Counted from the stretch's first letter, positions 40,172 through 53,384 are shown. The stretch is DNA of 64,000 nucleotides from Bigelowiella natans CCMP2755 (GCA_000320545.1 ADNK01002208.1:62001-126000), one strand, 5' to 3'. Numbers and translations: made by a program. Notes: generated by a model not told the origin, from the letters alone.

Positions 40172-41132
40172 ATGGCCCTCTTAAAAATACAACCGCTACT
40201 ACACGCGTGCGTTTTTATTGTGATTAGTATTTTCTTCTTCTTCTTTTTGTTGTTGTTGTTGATATTCCATAATTGACAAATAGAAACACGTTACACAAAC
40301 ATCGGGTAGAGGAGACCTAGATACGTTCACTAATCTACACTTCTATGATTCCCTAAAAATGAATAAAACAACAACAACTACTACTACTACTACTACTACG
40401 GCACTGCCACCTGTATGCGCGGGTGATGGGCGGTGTTCTCCACTCAAGCGTCTCTATATTCAGAATCTGCACGTCGTTGAGGAAGGAGGAGTCGATGACA
40501 TTCAAGTTTGGGTTGCTGGTTGTGAATCTGACGATGACGATGGGGTGGTAGGGGGCAGCAATATGGATATCGTTAACATCCCAACCAACGACAATATTAG
40601 CCAGAAACAGCAGGTCATAGCAGTTGGAATGTGACTGAGAGTTGTTTTGATGATCGATCATGATGTATCTCCCAATGAAGTAGAAGAAGAAAAAGAAGAA
40701 GAAGAAGAAGAAAAAGAGGAAGAAAGGGCTTTTACCCGCCAACAACTATCATCTCATCACCCAGTAGTATAGCGCCATGATCGCATCTGGCAAAAAAAAC
40801 CAGCACCAAAGGATAACGACATAACATTCGTTTAACTCGCATCTAATTATAATATGCATACAGCAACAACAACAACTACTACTACTATTACTACTACAAC
40901 TACTGCGACCTTGGTGTTTTCCACGATGGTGAAGGAATTCCTTCAAAGCTACGCAACTTCTTCTTTGTTTCAGGGCCGCTCACCTACGAGTGAATTAAGT
41001 GAATGAGAGAATGATGAAGAAGAAGAAGAAGAAGAAGGCAAGGGGTTAATACATATAACATTAGTGTCTTGGTGTGTATGTGTAGTGGTGAAATCATGTT
41101 TTAGTAGAAGACTGTAGACTACTAGTCCGCAC

Positions 41133-41168
<36 letters not shown>

Positions 41169-41815
41169 CCTCAGGAACATCCCACGCCATTCGATCGGTG
41201 TCGAAGATTAGAAGATGATTCGAGCACTTCTGATAATTCTTACCCCTCTACTTGCAAGGTTCTCCTGTAATATTAGACACAATGTATATCGATGCACAAC
41301 ATATATTTTGACAACCGACCTCCCCTCCCCCCCCCCCCCTCTCCCCTTTAACAATAAAACTTGCTAAAAATAGAAACTGAACGTTGTTCGCGTAGCTTGG
41401 CCTACCTGTGTAATCATCCCGCCAAACACAAAGATCTCCCTCCCCACTCCAACAGCTGAATGGCCAATCTAACCAACAAACAACAACACCATGAAAACCG
41501 TCCATTCACCAACCCCATATGCACAAATATAACAAATAAATGTATCAATGCTACATACTGTACTGATACATGTGCACACAGGAGCTGTACCGTCGCATGA
41601 GGGACTCTGGCCTTCCAGAAGATTTTCTGATGAGTTACGTGCGAACACAGGGAGTCATGAGGACGATACGGCTGGCTGGGTTATGTATATAGCAGCATGC
41701 TGCATCATCATCTCGAGTTGTGATGAGATGACGATGCCCATACCAATGACTTGAATATCAGTGGATCATCTAGGAGTAATCGATGATTGGGTACGTAGTA
41801 TGGATGTTACATATA

Positions 41816-41850
<35 letters not shown>

Positions 41851-42538
41851 AAAATACTTGTGAGCAGGTATAAGCACTGCTGTTACTGCTTTTACTGCTG
41901 CTGCTACAACTGCTAATGTTATTACTTTGTTGATATCCGGTTGCTCCCATGACCAAGTACGAGTGTCAAGCACAAACACAGTGCCCGAGACGATACAATA
42001 AATCTACGATTGTAGAGGGAGGAGGAGGAGGAGGAGGAGGAGGAGGAGGAGAGTGAAAAAGGTCGCCGTTTATATGAAAAAGCCACAATTCATGTGCCTA
42101 GTGAACATTAAAGTATTATCAGCCTTTTTTTCCCTCCTTCTTCTTTCTCTTCTCGTCTCTTTCTCTGCTTGTTACATACCTTCTTCCCTATGAGAGTAGC
42201 AGAATGGCTGGCAAGATTCACGCCTAAAAACCCAACATATAGTCGATGGTATAAATGATGATGAGGAAAATTGTGATAAACAACACGAATCTTATGAGAA
42301 CAAAACATCTCCTGCAATTATAGTTATTTATGTTCAGCATCAATCATCGTAGTCGTTACGATCATCACACATAAAAGACCTTTGGAAACAACGCACTTCC
42401 ACGCGCCCGTCGCCATATCTACAGGAGAAGGACAAAGACAAACAATGATGGATTTCTGCGGTACCAGAGGGAACGATCACGGTTGAGCTGACCAGCATTA
42501 TTGACATTGTTTATTGTTATCATTATTATTAAAATTAC

Positions 42539-42572
<34 letters not shown>

Positions 42573-44455
42573 CAGAACATGCACACATCCATGCTGCAGC
42601 ATTCCATCTCTCCCTCCAATAATGACCATCTTTGAACTGCGGTAGGAAGCATCATGTATCACCCAAGGTAGAAGCAATTTGTACGAGACTTCAGATAGCG
42701 CGACAATAATAGGGGAGGGTGGAGGGCTGTTATAGTAGTGTAGCAGTAGTAGTAGTAGTAGTAGTATTAGTGATAGAACCCAATAGCTGTTGCGGTGTGA
42801 GAATGGCTTGGAGGTGGGATCTAAGTTGTGATTAATGGGCAAGTAACTAACTAAGTAAGTACTACATGACAATTGAAGAAGAAGAAAGAGAAGAAGATGA
42901 TGATGGCGAAGATGACGACAACATGCAACAGATCAGCGACCGATGGCTGCTAGTAGTAGTTTAAAGCAGATTTCTTCGTTCGTCAACAGAACAAATCTGT
43001 GACGCATGTTTAAACTTACCTTCCCCTCACATTTGACTTGTGCCCACTTCTTCCCGCCCTGATTAGGTAAACAACAACGACGACGAGCATTAGACACGCA
43101 ATGTTACAAGTCTTTGGCCGAGGAGAGAATAAATCATACCTCATCGTATATATAGAGGTCATTCGTGCTTTTCAACAAGTGGCTCTCCTGATCCAGGCGC
43201 TCTCTAAGGGAAAGACAACGTGGGGAGTGTATGTTTCTGGGCATGGCTGGCAAGAGAAACTACTGTTTCAACTATCTACACACTCTCCACTTCTAAGAAG
43301 GTTGGCTCCTCCAGGGAATGGGGAAACACTCTCCAAACTAATACTTCTCTCTCTAAATCACTCCCACCCTCCAAACATAAGCAAATGGCCGCCGACACGG
43401 CAAACCGTGTGTCCAGATACGGTCGTCATTTCCTCCGACTCCGTCACCTATTGAGGCAATAATTCTGTTGACCGGCTTTCTTACGATGATGTAGTGGCGG
43501 TAGGGTTGAGACAGGGGAGACAGGAGCGGAATGTTATACTGGACGAACCAATGCTTTGGTGATGTTAGGAGTTTTCCAGTGAGTCTTTGTGTCAGCGGGC
43601 ATCCTTGGCGCACAAGCTAGTAGTGTTACAACAACTGAGTCATCAACAACGGAGACTGGCAACTCGCATTGAAAGTTGGAGAGCCGTGGGTATGCGTGCT
43701 AACTCTGCCTGCATAGAGGATTACCTTTCTTGAACTTTCCATTGTCGAAGGTCTGCAGTTGCAGTTTTCCAGTCGAGAAAACAGCCATGTGCCTCCCATG
43801 CCTTTTGAATTCCTGGATGATGTTATAATGTGTTGATGTGCAATTATTCACATTTTTTGGCTCTTTATACAAAAACAAGCTTTTTGACCTCGTTCCATTC
43901 CCCGAAGATTTCGTCCCCGCTTGGGGTTGTAAAAATTCCAGCTCCAACGTTCTTTCCATTGAGAAAGTAGCCTGTCATAGTGAACCTGCCGTGAACAGCA
44001 CACGATGCAAGTTTCAGCGAGGATAAAAAGACATGATCAATCCAGGATATCAGGAGTTATCATCTACACCCGTCTTTATTCCTCATTCTTCCGAATCCAT
44101 GAGGATACTTGCTGTTCTCCGATCCACACACCTGACCTAATGATGATGATGATAATAATAATTAACATTTAATGATGATAACGTTGATGATCAATGTGCT
44201 ACATGTCAGATAGCACTTTCGACATACTGCAACGACTTTCACAATAAAAGCTTACCAGAGTAAATGGAGTCATCCTTCAGCACTAGCTTACTTTCGACGA
44301 CCTGAGGGACGAAAGTAATGAATTATTCAAATCTCAAATTTTAACGACCGTTAGTTGTGCTCTTGCAAAACAAAGAATTTTTGCTCCACAAAAGCAAACG
44401 CTTCGTAGCTTAAGTAGATGAGTACTAATTCTGCTAGCATTCGCGACATCGCCAT
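38272..44455 (-). CDS. MORN-repeat + Kelch-repeat + C-terminal SAM domain protein
   Basis: N-terminal MORN-like IYSGQV..PHGFGRM, TGYFLNGKNVGAG and GEWNEEFKRHG. Kelch blades SGHTVCRVGGHLLMFGG, MVIIGG, SHSATLIGKK, FVLDTRTWSW and LNDVQILNIETLEW. SAM-like KLVEEDIDGESLLSLSPEEMRSIGITLGQVKALVRAIE*. Confidence 0.8.
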
Positions 44456-44947
44456 TTCTACGACTGCATTGGTTTCGCGTACGCCGTGTTACCGCGTTGC
44501 GCCCCATCTCTCTCCTTCTTGTTCCTGTTATCAGCCGTCTGTTGTTAGTTGTTGTGCTTGATCATCCGATAAATTAATGATCGCGAGCAGCGAATATATC
44601 ATATTCTAGGATATTCTTTACATGCGACCTAACCATTCGCCGAATTAAGAAGAGGAAATCGGGCGCTGTGCAGTTATTTCTTAATCCAGAGCGAGCCGAT
44701 ATCCGTCCTTTAGCGAAAATGAAGCGATTTTAATCGGCGTCTGTCAGATGATTTTGATGATTGGAAAAGACAGTAAGTTTCCAAATTTAGGTTGTCGCAT
44801 ATTGAAAATTGATCGAATTCATTGAGTTTTTTTTCCTATTATATCTCTCAATAACACCTCTTCGTAACCATCTCCATTAGCCTGTTTGAGTATCATCGAT
44901 TTGCTACTGGGGTACAGCAACCCTTCGTTGAGTGAATTTGTCACACG

Positions 44948-45725
44948 ATGCCGCGGATACTTAAAACAACGACTTGGGGTAGCCAGGCCCGACTTCCCGA
45001 GTTGGAGAGACCACGCTCACCAGGACCAGTTTATGTTCCCAACCTCAAATTCGTTCGGAGGAATTCTCTAATCCCAGAATTCAAGAGAACAAAAAGATTC
45101 GAGGCAACAAAGACAAACTCTGGTCTTATAACACGATTTACTCATAGATTTATTCCTGAGTATTTAAGTATATAATTTCTAATTTGAATATGTGTCTCAT
45201 TCGTTATTCATCGACAAATCTGGACATGTTCATTTCACACAATTAGGTAGGAAACTTCCGGCTGAGTATTTCTATCCTGGAGGCAGACGGCTAGCCCCAA
45301 TAAACAAAAAACGTATGAAACAACAAATGACTCGAAGATTGCCGGATTTTAGAACTGATGGAAAACTAGATATTCGAACTAACGTGGCATACAAGCCTGA
45401 GAGCGAAGATTTCGTATGGCAATGGAATGAAACAGGGAGATCTGACTGGTGCAATTCATCCTCTAGCAATTGTATGAGTAAATATAAGGTTTACTTAAAA
45501 CCAAGTAAAAGGGAGCGTGGAACGAATGATCTGGCCCCTTACAATCCTTCCCATTCTTTGACGAAAAAATCCCCCACTCAAGGCGGCAAATTTTCTCGAA
45601 GCCCACGGTGGGATGACCGTGCTGAGAGAAGAATGAAGCTTGCCAGAAGGTTAGCGAAGGCATTGAAAATTGATGAAGAAGACATGCAGAGACATAATTT
45701 AAGCCTTAGCCTGAGTTCAATATAA
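44948..45725 (+). CDS. Basic PG-rich protein (SHIPPO/ODF3-like motif), possibly axonemal
   Basis: Two ORFs joined by an intron, containing SPGPVYVPN, FKRTKRF, APYNPSH and GGKFSRSPRW motifs. The family call is tentative. Confidence 0.5.
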
Positions 45726-46279
45726 TTTTTTTGACGTGTAATCATTCTACCCCGTGTCGATGTGTCGATCTTAATGCAATGCATACGAGGCAATCGTATC
45801 GATGTCACATTCATTCATTCAAATAAGAGTTCCTGGTCTGAAGCCTAGTGACATTGACATAATGATCATACTCTACTACGATATACGTACGTGTTCGCGC
45901 TATTATATGCTACATAGGCAGTCACTACTGTAGTACTAGGCACAAGCAACGCGCTGACTTCCGCCAGCGCAACTATATAATGTCAAAATGTATATTATAA
46001 CGTACATGCATTCAAATGCTCATAGCTAGACGTGTCAGCAACTAGCCGCAACAACCAGGATAGACTTAGTAGGTACATGCATGAACATCAAGCGTGCACG
46101 TACAATTTAGCGGCGCGCACAGATGTGCAGAGCGAATATCATTGCATCCATCACGACACAAGCTACAGACATGCAAGCAATAAGATAAATCACCTCAGCA
46201 GCATTCGCAGAGGTATAATATTTTGACTAACCATCCCAACGCAACTCTTTTAAGTCCAGTAATAATCATCAGGCCAAAT

Positions 46280-47173
46280 TCACAAAGTAGCAACATGCTT
46301 CTTACAGTACTCCTGCAATTCTGGGACAATTCTAGCAGAGGTGGCATACCCTCCCCACGTGACGACAGCGAACATATTTTTCTTTGCTTTCTCGTTCTGA
46401 AACTGAGTAAAGGTACAAGTGAGAATATGAACATATTAATGTAATGTTGAGATCATAGAAGAACCTTATGTACACATATTCCCTGGCAATTTCCTGGCTT
46501 TCCCTTCCGACCATACACGAGATTTTCGTAACATCTAGGTAAGGCATAGGTAAGTTGATGATATTAAAGCTTTCAATATCTTCATAATGCCGAATTTAGT
46601 CGGGAAATGAATAAAAGGTGAACCTGTGGACGTCATAGTGCTCTTTATCTAACGTCAGCCCCTTCCCTACAGTTTTGTCTCGATCATCAAATGCACCCAA
46701 AAACTCCCTAAATTGTATTGCACAACAGTTTATCTTATCAATGGTGCTAAAAAAATTAAATATGGTCGTAAATGTTCCATTTGGGTGTCTTTATTCAAAT
46801 AGAGTGCGAGTAGTGAATACTTTAACTCCGCCACATCAATTTCTTCCGAAGAATGAATCACAGCGCCCTTATCATCGAAGATCGCCAGTTTCGTCCAATC
46901 TTTATAAGCTTCGGCAGCCTAAGAAGTTCACTCTCTCAATTTCACAGCAAATTCTTGAATCTTTCTACATAATTTAAATTTGAAACCAAATATGCGCACT
47001 TGTACGGCGTGTTTTTTCAACATGTTTGATGTACATTATCGTCAAATAAGACCAACCGTTCCCCACGAAATACGTTTTTGAATAGAAAGGTCAAGAATAT
47101 TTGATGCCAATTCCTCCCATTCTTCACTAACGGAAAGGATTGGGACCTTCTTCAACTCCTCCTTGCCTTCCAT
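46280..47173 (-). CDS. Profilin-like fold protein, multi-exon
   Basis: Spliced SWGT|AAEAYKDWTKLAIFDDKG...EFLGAFDDRD..GKGLTLDKEHYDVHR..LVYGRKG..CQGI...FAVVTW..ATSARIVPELQEYCKKH follows the profilin pattern. Not captured by the ORF track. Confidence 0.7.
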
Positions 47174-47829
47174 AGCTCCGTTCTCCTAGTTTTGGAAGTC
47201 TATTCAGTATATTCTTCCATAGTGCAAGTGTATCTTAAAAATATTACAACGGAGAATCTCATATACGACAACGTATTTATAGGTATCTTTACTAATTGAA
47301 CACCTTGTTTTTAATGAATATCGAGAGGTTGAAAATATTATAGTTGTAGGAAAACCCAAAATGTTTCCATTTAGTTAACGCTACGACACATTTTATCCTT
47401 GTCGTAGCAAATAATAAAATTATATTTTAAATAATTTTTTTGAGCTCTTGTATATACCATGAAATTTCCCAATTTTATAGCCTTCTGGCATTGTATCCGT
47501 GTTCTTCCATTTTTTAACTTTTCGGTCAATGATCTGTTCGTTAACGACAATGAAATTTTCATCAAAAAGTAAATAAATGTAGGGTATTAACGAATCCCAA
47601 TCGGTACTAAAAGACCGGTCGTTAAGATTTACTTGGCCACACACACAGACACGTGGAACTGACCGACGGGTTCTCAATTTGGAAGTTGGCGCGCATCAAA
47701 GAGTTTCACAGTTGTATTTTAATTGCGTCAAGGTGTTTTTGATGTCGCAGGAATTAAATCACAATTGATTTAAGTATCCTACTCCCTGTAATCCGCTGAA
47801 GAGCAACGGAGGGCCCCCACCCCTACATC

Positions 47830-49766
47830 ATGAAACTCTTTCTTCTACTCGTTTCGGTGGCCCTATGTGAAGGTAACGAGGGGTTTAGGGTTGGATTTTT
47901 AGTATTAAGGATTAGAATTAGGGGATAGAGCAAAGAGTTGAAGATGATAATTCATTTGGCAAGACTCTAAATTGCATGCATTTGACTAAATATAGCTCGT
48001 ACTCTACGGGGAGAGTTCTCTTCAACAAGATCGGCTGTCCGTCGAAATCCTGGTCTATGGACACGTGTGTTTGGAGGACATCAGCGGTATCTCCGGAGTG
48101 GGCAGCAAAAGGTCAATATACAAAATAGCTCGGCCAACCGTCAAATGACACTGTTGCTATGGTAAAACAGAAACAAAAGGAACGAATTCGTACGAAACGT
48201 CGGCTTCCTTTCTCCTTCGCAGGTGCCGATGATATGTTTTCACGACATGTGCCATTCTAATTTGGTTATTATCTTAATTATTAGACGTTTCAGCAGCGCG
48301 TGACATGACCACTGAGCCAACAGATAGCCTACCCCCACCCCTGAAATCATCTGATCCGATGAAAGTCGGCCTTTTCGTGGAACCCTCGCCATTCACCCAT
48401 GTCTGCGGCTACTCAAATCGATTCAAGGAGATGCTCAAGTACCTCGATAAGGCAGGAGACGATGTGTCAGTCCTGACGACCGATCGTGCTCGCAACCCTC
48501 CCCGCAAGTTCATGCAGTACCCAATAACAACCACCTCTGGCTTCGTATTTCCGATGTACCAGGATATCACCCTGTCCCTTGACTTTTGGCAGCGGAAGGG
48601 TTGGTCGCTTCTTGAACGATTTCGCCCTGACGTTCTCCACGCGACCGCCCCAGGGTTCATGTGCCTCACATCGATCGCGTATGCAAGGGCATTCCGTATC
48701 CCCCTCGTAATGTCCTACCACACGCACCTTCCTATCTACGCGCGTGACTACTTAGGCTTCATACCTGGCATCGTAGAGGCGGCATGGGCCGTAATGAATC
48801 TTGTGCTGAATCAAGCGGACTTGACGTTAGTTACCAGCCCCCAGATCAAAAAGGAGCTCGAAGACCACGGCGTCAGGCGTGTAGATGTGTGGCGCAAAGG
48901 CGTCGACATCGATATATTTAACCCCAAATTTCGCAACGCTGAAATGCGCAGTCGGCTAACGAATGGAAACCCTGAAGACCCGCTCATGGTGTATGTAGGC
49001 CGTCTCGGAGCTGAGAAGAAGCTCAAAGCTCTCAGGGTAATTATTAGCGAGTAAGCAATGTGACAGATACCCACGAATGCATAAAATCAAAAGGTTGATC
49101 GATCATGTATTCTGTTACATTCGCTTGTACGTGCTTAAGAAATCATGGCACTGTTCGCTCTTTTCAAATTCTCTTTTCACAACACTTCTTCCTCTCTTTC
49201 TCTCTTCCTCCCTTCTTCTTGTTCCTGCTGTTCAACTTATTCATCTCCTTACTGCGCTCACTCATCAGGATGTGCTCGATCGTATTCCTAACCTTCGACT
49301 CGCTATCGTCGGGAAAGGCCCTCAAGAGGAAGAGTTGAAAGACTACTTCAAAGGCACGAATACAGTGTTCACGGGACTGCTTCAGGGTGAGCCCCTCAGC
49401 CAGGCCTTCGCCTCTGCAGATGTCTTTGGCATGCCTAGCGACAGCGAGACTTTGGGATTTGTGGTTCTCGAATCGATGGCGAGCGGCGTCCCTGTCGTAG
49501 GTGCCAAGGCGGGTGGAATTCCTAACTTAATAAATGAAGGCGAAAACGGTTATCTGATCCCGGTCAGGGAGGGAAATGTTGACATAAATACGTTCACGGA
49601 GAGGGTGAAATCCCTCCTCGACGACGCAGAGTTGCGGAAGAGGACGAGTCTCAATGCGCGGTCCTGGGCTGAGAAATGGGGCTGGGAGGCTGCTACGAGC
49701 CAGCTCAGGAACGTCCAGTACAAAAGGGCGATCAAAAATTTTGAGAAGAAGTTCTGGGGTGTTTGA
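47830..49766 (+). CDS. SQD2: Sulfoquinovosyldiacylglycerol synthase (GT4), plastid-targeted
   Basis: VGLFVEPSPFTHVCGYSNRF, SYHTHLP, VDVWRKGVD, YVGRLGAEK, PSDSETLGFVVLESMASGVPVV and WEAATSQLRNVQY. Signal peptide MKLFLLLVSVALCE plus a transit-like exon. Confidence 0.95.
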
Positions 49767-50509
49767 GTAAGGAACTCGACGATGGCAAATGCAAACCCCT
49801 TAACGACAGATTGCAAGATGTGAAAGCATCATCCCTAGCGGCTGGTTGATTTTCTTCCGACGATGGTTATGGCATTCTTGAAACCCGCCATCAAGCTGGC
49901 GCAACACTACCCCATCATTATTGATCAAACTAAAAGAAATTAAATCAAATGAATCAGACAGATCTTTTAATTAACTGGATAATGCATGTATAATTGTTTT
50001 ATTATATATCTATTCCGTGTATATTATGAATCTTCTTGGAGTCGAAGCAGCATCAACGGAAGCTGCGACGACTCAACACAGAGAAAACAGAACATGGTTG
50101 CTTGAATATAATTCACAGCTACCCGCCTATCTTCGCATGTTATTATAATTGTGTCACTACTAACAATGCGAAATTGGAAAAGTGTTGTGGGATGTTCCTG
50201 TGAAAACAAACACAGTATTCTTTTGTGTAGCACCTAGCTATGCCGCACATCGATACATACTAGCTAGCTAGCGAAGTACACTGTGGTATACTGCATGTAA
50301 GCATAACGGGGGGGCGTTTCTGCTATCTAGCTATGTTCGGATGCGATGCAAAGATATGCGGCTAGCAATTTATGTGTTAGTAGAGCTCACATGAAGAGGC
50401 GACAGTACAGTCTCTTCCCGCATGCTACTATATATGCAAAGGACACAATCTTAATTTCATGACATGGCGTACAAGCTGCATACATCATTGCATCATCAAA
50501 CACTTATAA

Positions 50510-50675
50510 TATGTATATATGAGACGGATGTAATGAAGAATTAAATTTTTTCAATGGTCATCCTGATGTAGCTGTGCAATGCAGCGGCATGTATATATGA
50601 GACGGATGTTATGCGTTTTGATTAAATCTTACCAATGCTAGAATGGTCATCCACTAGTATCCTGATGTAGCTGTT
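50510..50675. repeat. ~70-bp diverged tandem duplication; the second copy carries two palindromic insertions
   Basis: atgtatatatgagacggatg...caatggtcatcctgatgtagctgt is repeated, and copy B has ctagaatg and actagtatcc inserted. Confidence 0.85.
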
Positions 50676-51351
50676 TAGCCTGTACGTGCGAAGCTGCGGC
50701 TACATGTACATGTACATATAGAGAGAGATAACAAGTGATACATTGGACATGTGTCTGCTGTGCATAGAGATCGAGCGACGTGCTAGTGTAAGCTAGATAG
50801 AGAAAGCTGAATAAGATAAGCGTACATGGCACGTTTTACGACGTGCCATGAAACAACTGAGTCCTGTCTATAGTTCTTTGTCTAGATATATTCACATTGA
50901 TATGTGCGATGCGATGGTCTGCTAGTTGCCAGTGGCACGTCTCAAAGTAAGTACGTGCGTATGCGAGCTAACGTACGAATCTATGCACACCGAATTAGCG
51001 AAGGCCGCATGATCAATGATGAAGGTACGTGTGCAGTGAAGCCACTGCTACTGCATCGGCTATGGAAGTGTACGTCGGGCAATTCATCGCCGTCATTATT
51101 GCATCGCATGATGCTCTCCGCTTTGCTATATCACCTCTTCAACGCTAGCACAAATTACTTTCCCCCTGCTCTCCACTAGCTCCTCTATCGCACATCGCAT
51201 TTACAACGAACAATGACACACGAAACCTTCACTTAAAAGCGCGAGCATTGCAATTTACTATGTGGAAGTTATACTCAAGTGCATCGATTATTAGATCATG
51301 CGTGACTTGTTGTGACGATGCTATCATCCTCAATCGCCAACAGGCACTTGA

Positions 51352-51570
51352 CTACGTGAGATGGGGTGAAAAATTGCCCACCCAAGTTGCTTGCACCTAC
51401 ATAGATTTACACGTCAGCACCAGTGTGATAAGACACAGAATAACGTGACGGCGGAACAACAAACCTTACGCTCGCCGATTCTTACTCCGCTTGTGAGAAT
51501 CCTGTTGGTGGTGTAGGGTTGTGTTACTTGGAGGCGGTTGCAAATCAAATAAGAGAGAAGGGGAGGGAGG

Positions 51571-51621
<51 letters not shown>

Positions 51622-51706
51622 CACTATTGAATGGATATTGCCAATGTTTACCTGTACGCAGCTGATGCGTTCTCATGGGTGTCAAAAACAATACCCGCGT
51701 ACCTAC

Positions 51707-51741
<35 letters not shown>

Positions 51742-52559
51742 AAAGATCGGAAAACCAACCACACGGAGCATCATCATCATATATAACATAACAAACGGAC
51801 GTAGATGGTCAGATTATTCCAACTGCTTGTAGCGCATGATGCACAGAGGACAAGTCATTAGGTTTTTAGATGATGATCACGGCGGGGCGAGCAACGACGA
51901 AAACAAGATGTGTTTCATTCATGTTGGCAGCGATGGTGTGTGATGGAGCACTGCACAAGTCACCCCCTCCCCTTGCCACCCCCTTTTTAATTACATACCC
52001 TTGCCCCTCAGGAACAGTCGCATCCATGAGGAATGAGTCTTCAAGTGAATAATCATGAGAGGAGGAGGAGATGCTTGCGAACACCTAAACAACAAAATAA
52101 CACAAACAACCAATAGCACACCAAAGTAAACATGATGATGACTTTCACCCACCCCCTTCTTCATCCCCCTTCCCTATTCCTTCTTATGGTGAATGATACT
52201 CAAGCTGCCTTCTTCAATGTTGGCAGCTGTGTTAGTATAAGATGCCTGTTCTTTCTAGTTTCACGGTTCATTGAGGGATGATGATGACGAAGTATTCGAC
52301 TATTACTGCTAGTGCTACTGTTTTGTGTTGTTGCTGGTGCTACTCTTCTTCTTCTTCTCCTTCTTCTTCTTCTCCTTCTTCTTCTTCTTCTTCTTCTTAC
52401 CCTTTGGAGCTTCTCCTTGGTCTCTTCGAGAGATACGTCAAACGGAATGTTTCCAACATACAACCCTGAGTGACGACGACGGCGACAACAACGAAGAAAA
52501 ACACACTGTATGGCCACGAAATCTAGCATTCCACCCCTTTATCCTCAGATAGAGTGAAG

Positions 52560-52629
<70 letters not shown>

Positions 52630-53161
52630 AACACTGTGTGTAACTTCCGCATGAAACTTTCTTTGTTCTTGTTATTTGTTCTCGGTGCTGCCTTCTGTAG
52701 GTATTGCCTGTTATCTTTTCTGCCTGGATGAGCTGTGCCATGCATGCAATATGCTCAGGACTCCCTTTGAAGACACCTGGTAGTGATTCTCTGGAAGGAT
52801 CGACCTTATACAAGGCACAGAAAGAAGAACATATCATTATTGCCACTCGTCAAACATCACAACTGAGATTCATATTCTTCGTCATCATCATCATCGTCAT
52901 CATCATCGTGATACCTTCTTAAAGACGACGTGTGTGGGGTGCAGGAAGACGCCAAGCATACCGACGTCTGGAGACAACGCCTACAGCGAATGATGCAGAA
53001 GGAAGAGGAGTCGAGGAGGGTGGCAATAGTGGTGGGAGGCAGTCAAAATAGTGCTCTTTCTCGTAGGCATGCATATAATCATCGTCCGTTACAACCTGCC
53101 GAGCTCCTTCTTCGTCATCGAAGTACACCCATCCATACACCTTTGTAATAAGTATATATGA

Positions 53162-53202
<41 letters not shown>

Positions 53203-53255
53203 ATATCAAAAGACCCTACAACGGAGGAGCGCAGTTATATTCGTAATCGCTATGG

Positions 53256-53287
<32 letters not shown>

Positions 53288-53348
53288 TACCGAAGTTTCA
53301 TCATGTTCTATTTCAACAAAGGCAGACTGATACGTGCCACGCAGATCG

Positions 53349-53384
<36 letters not shown>

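Noticed and set aside
47878-47925. Telomere-like gggtttagggtt...attagggg
   Set aside because: Only one or two degenerate units inside an SQD2 intron; not an array.
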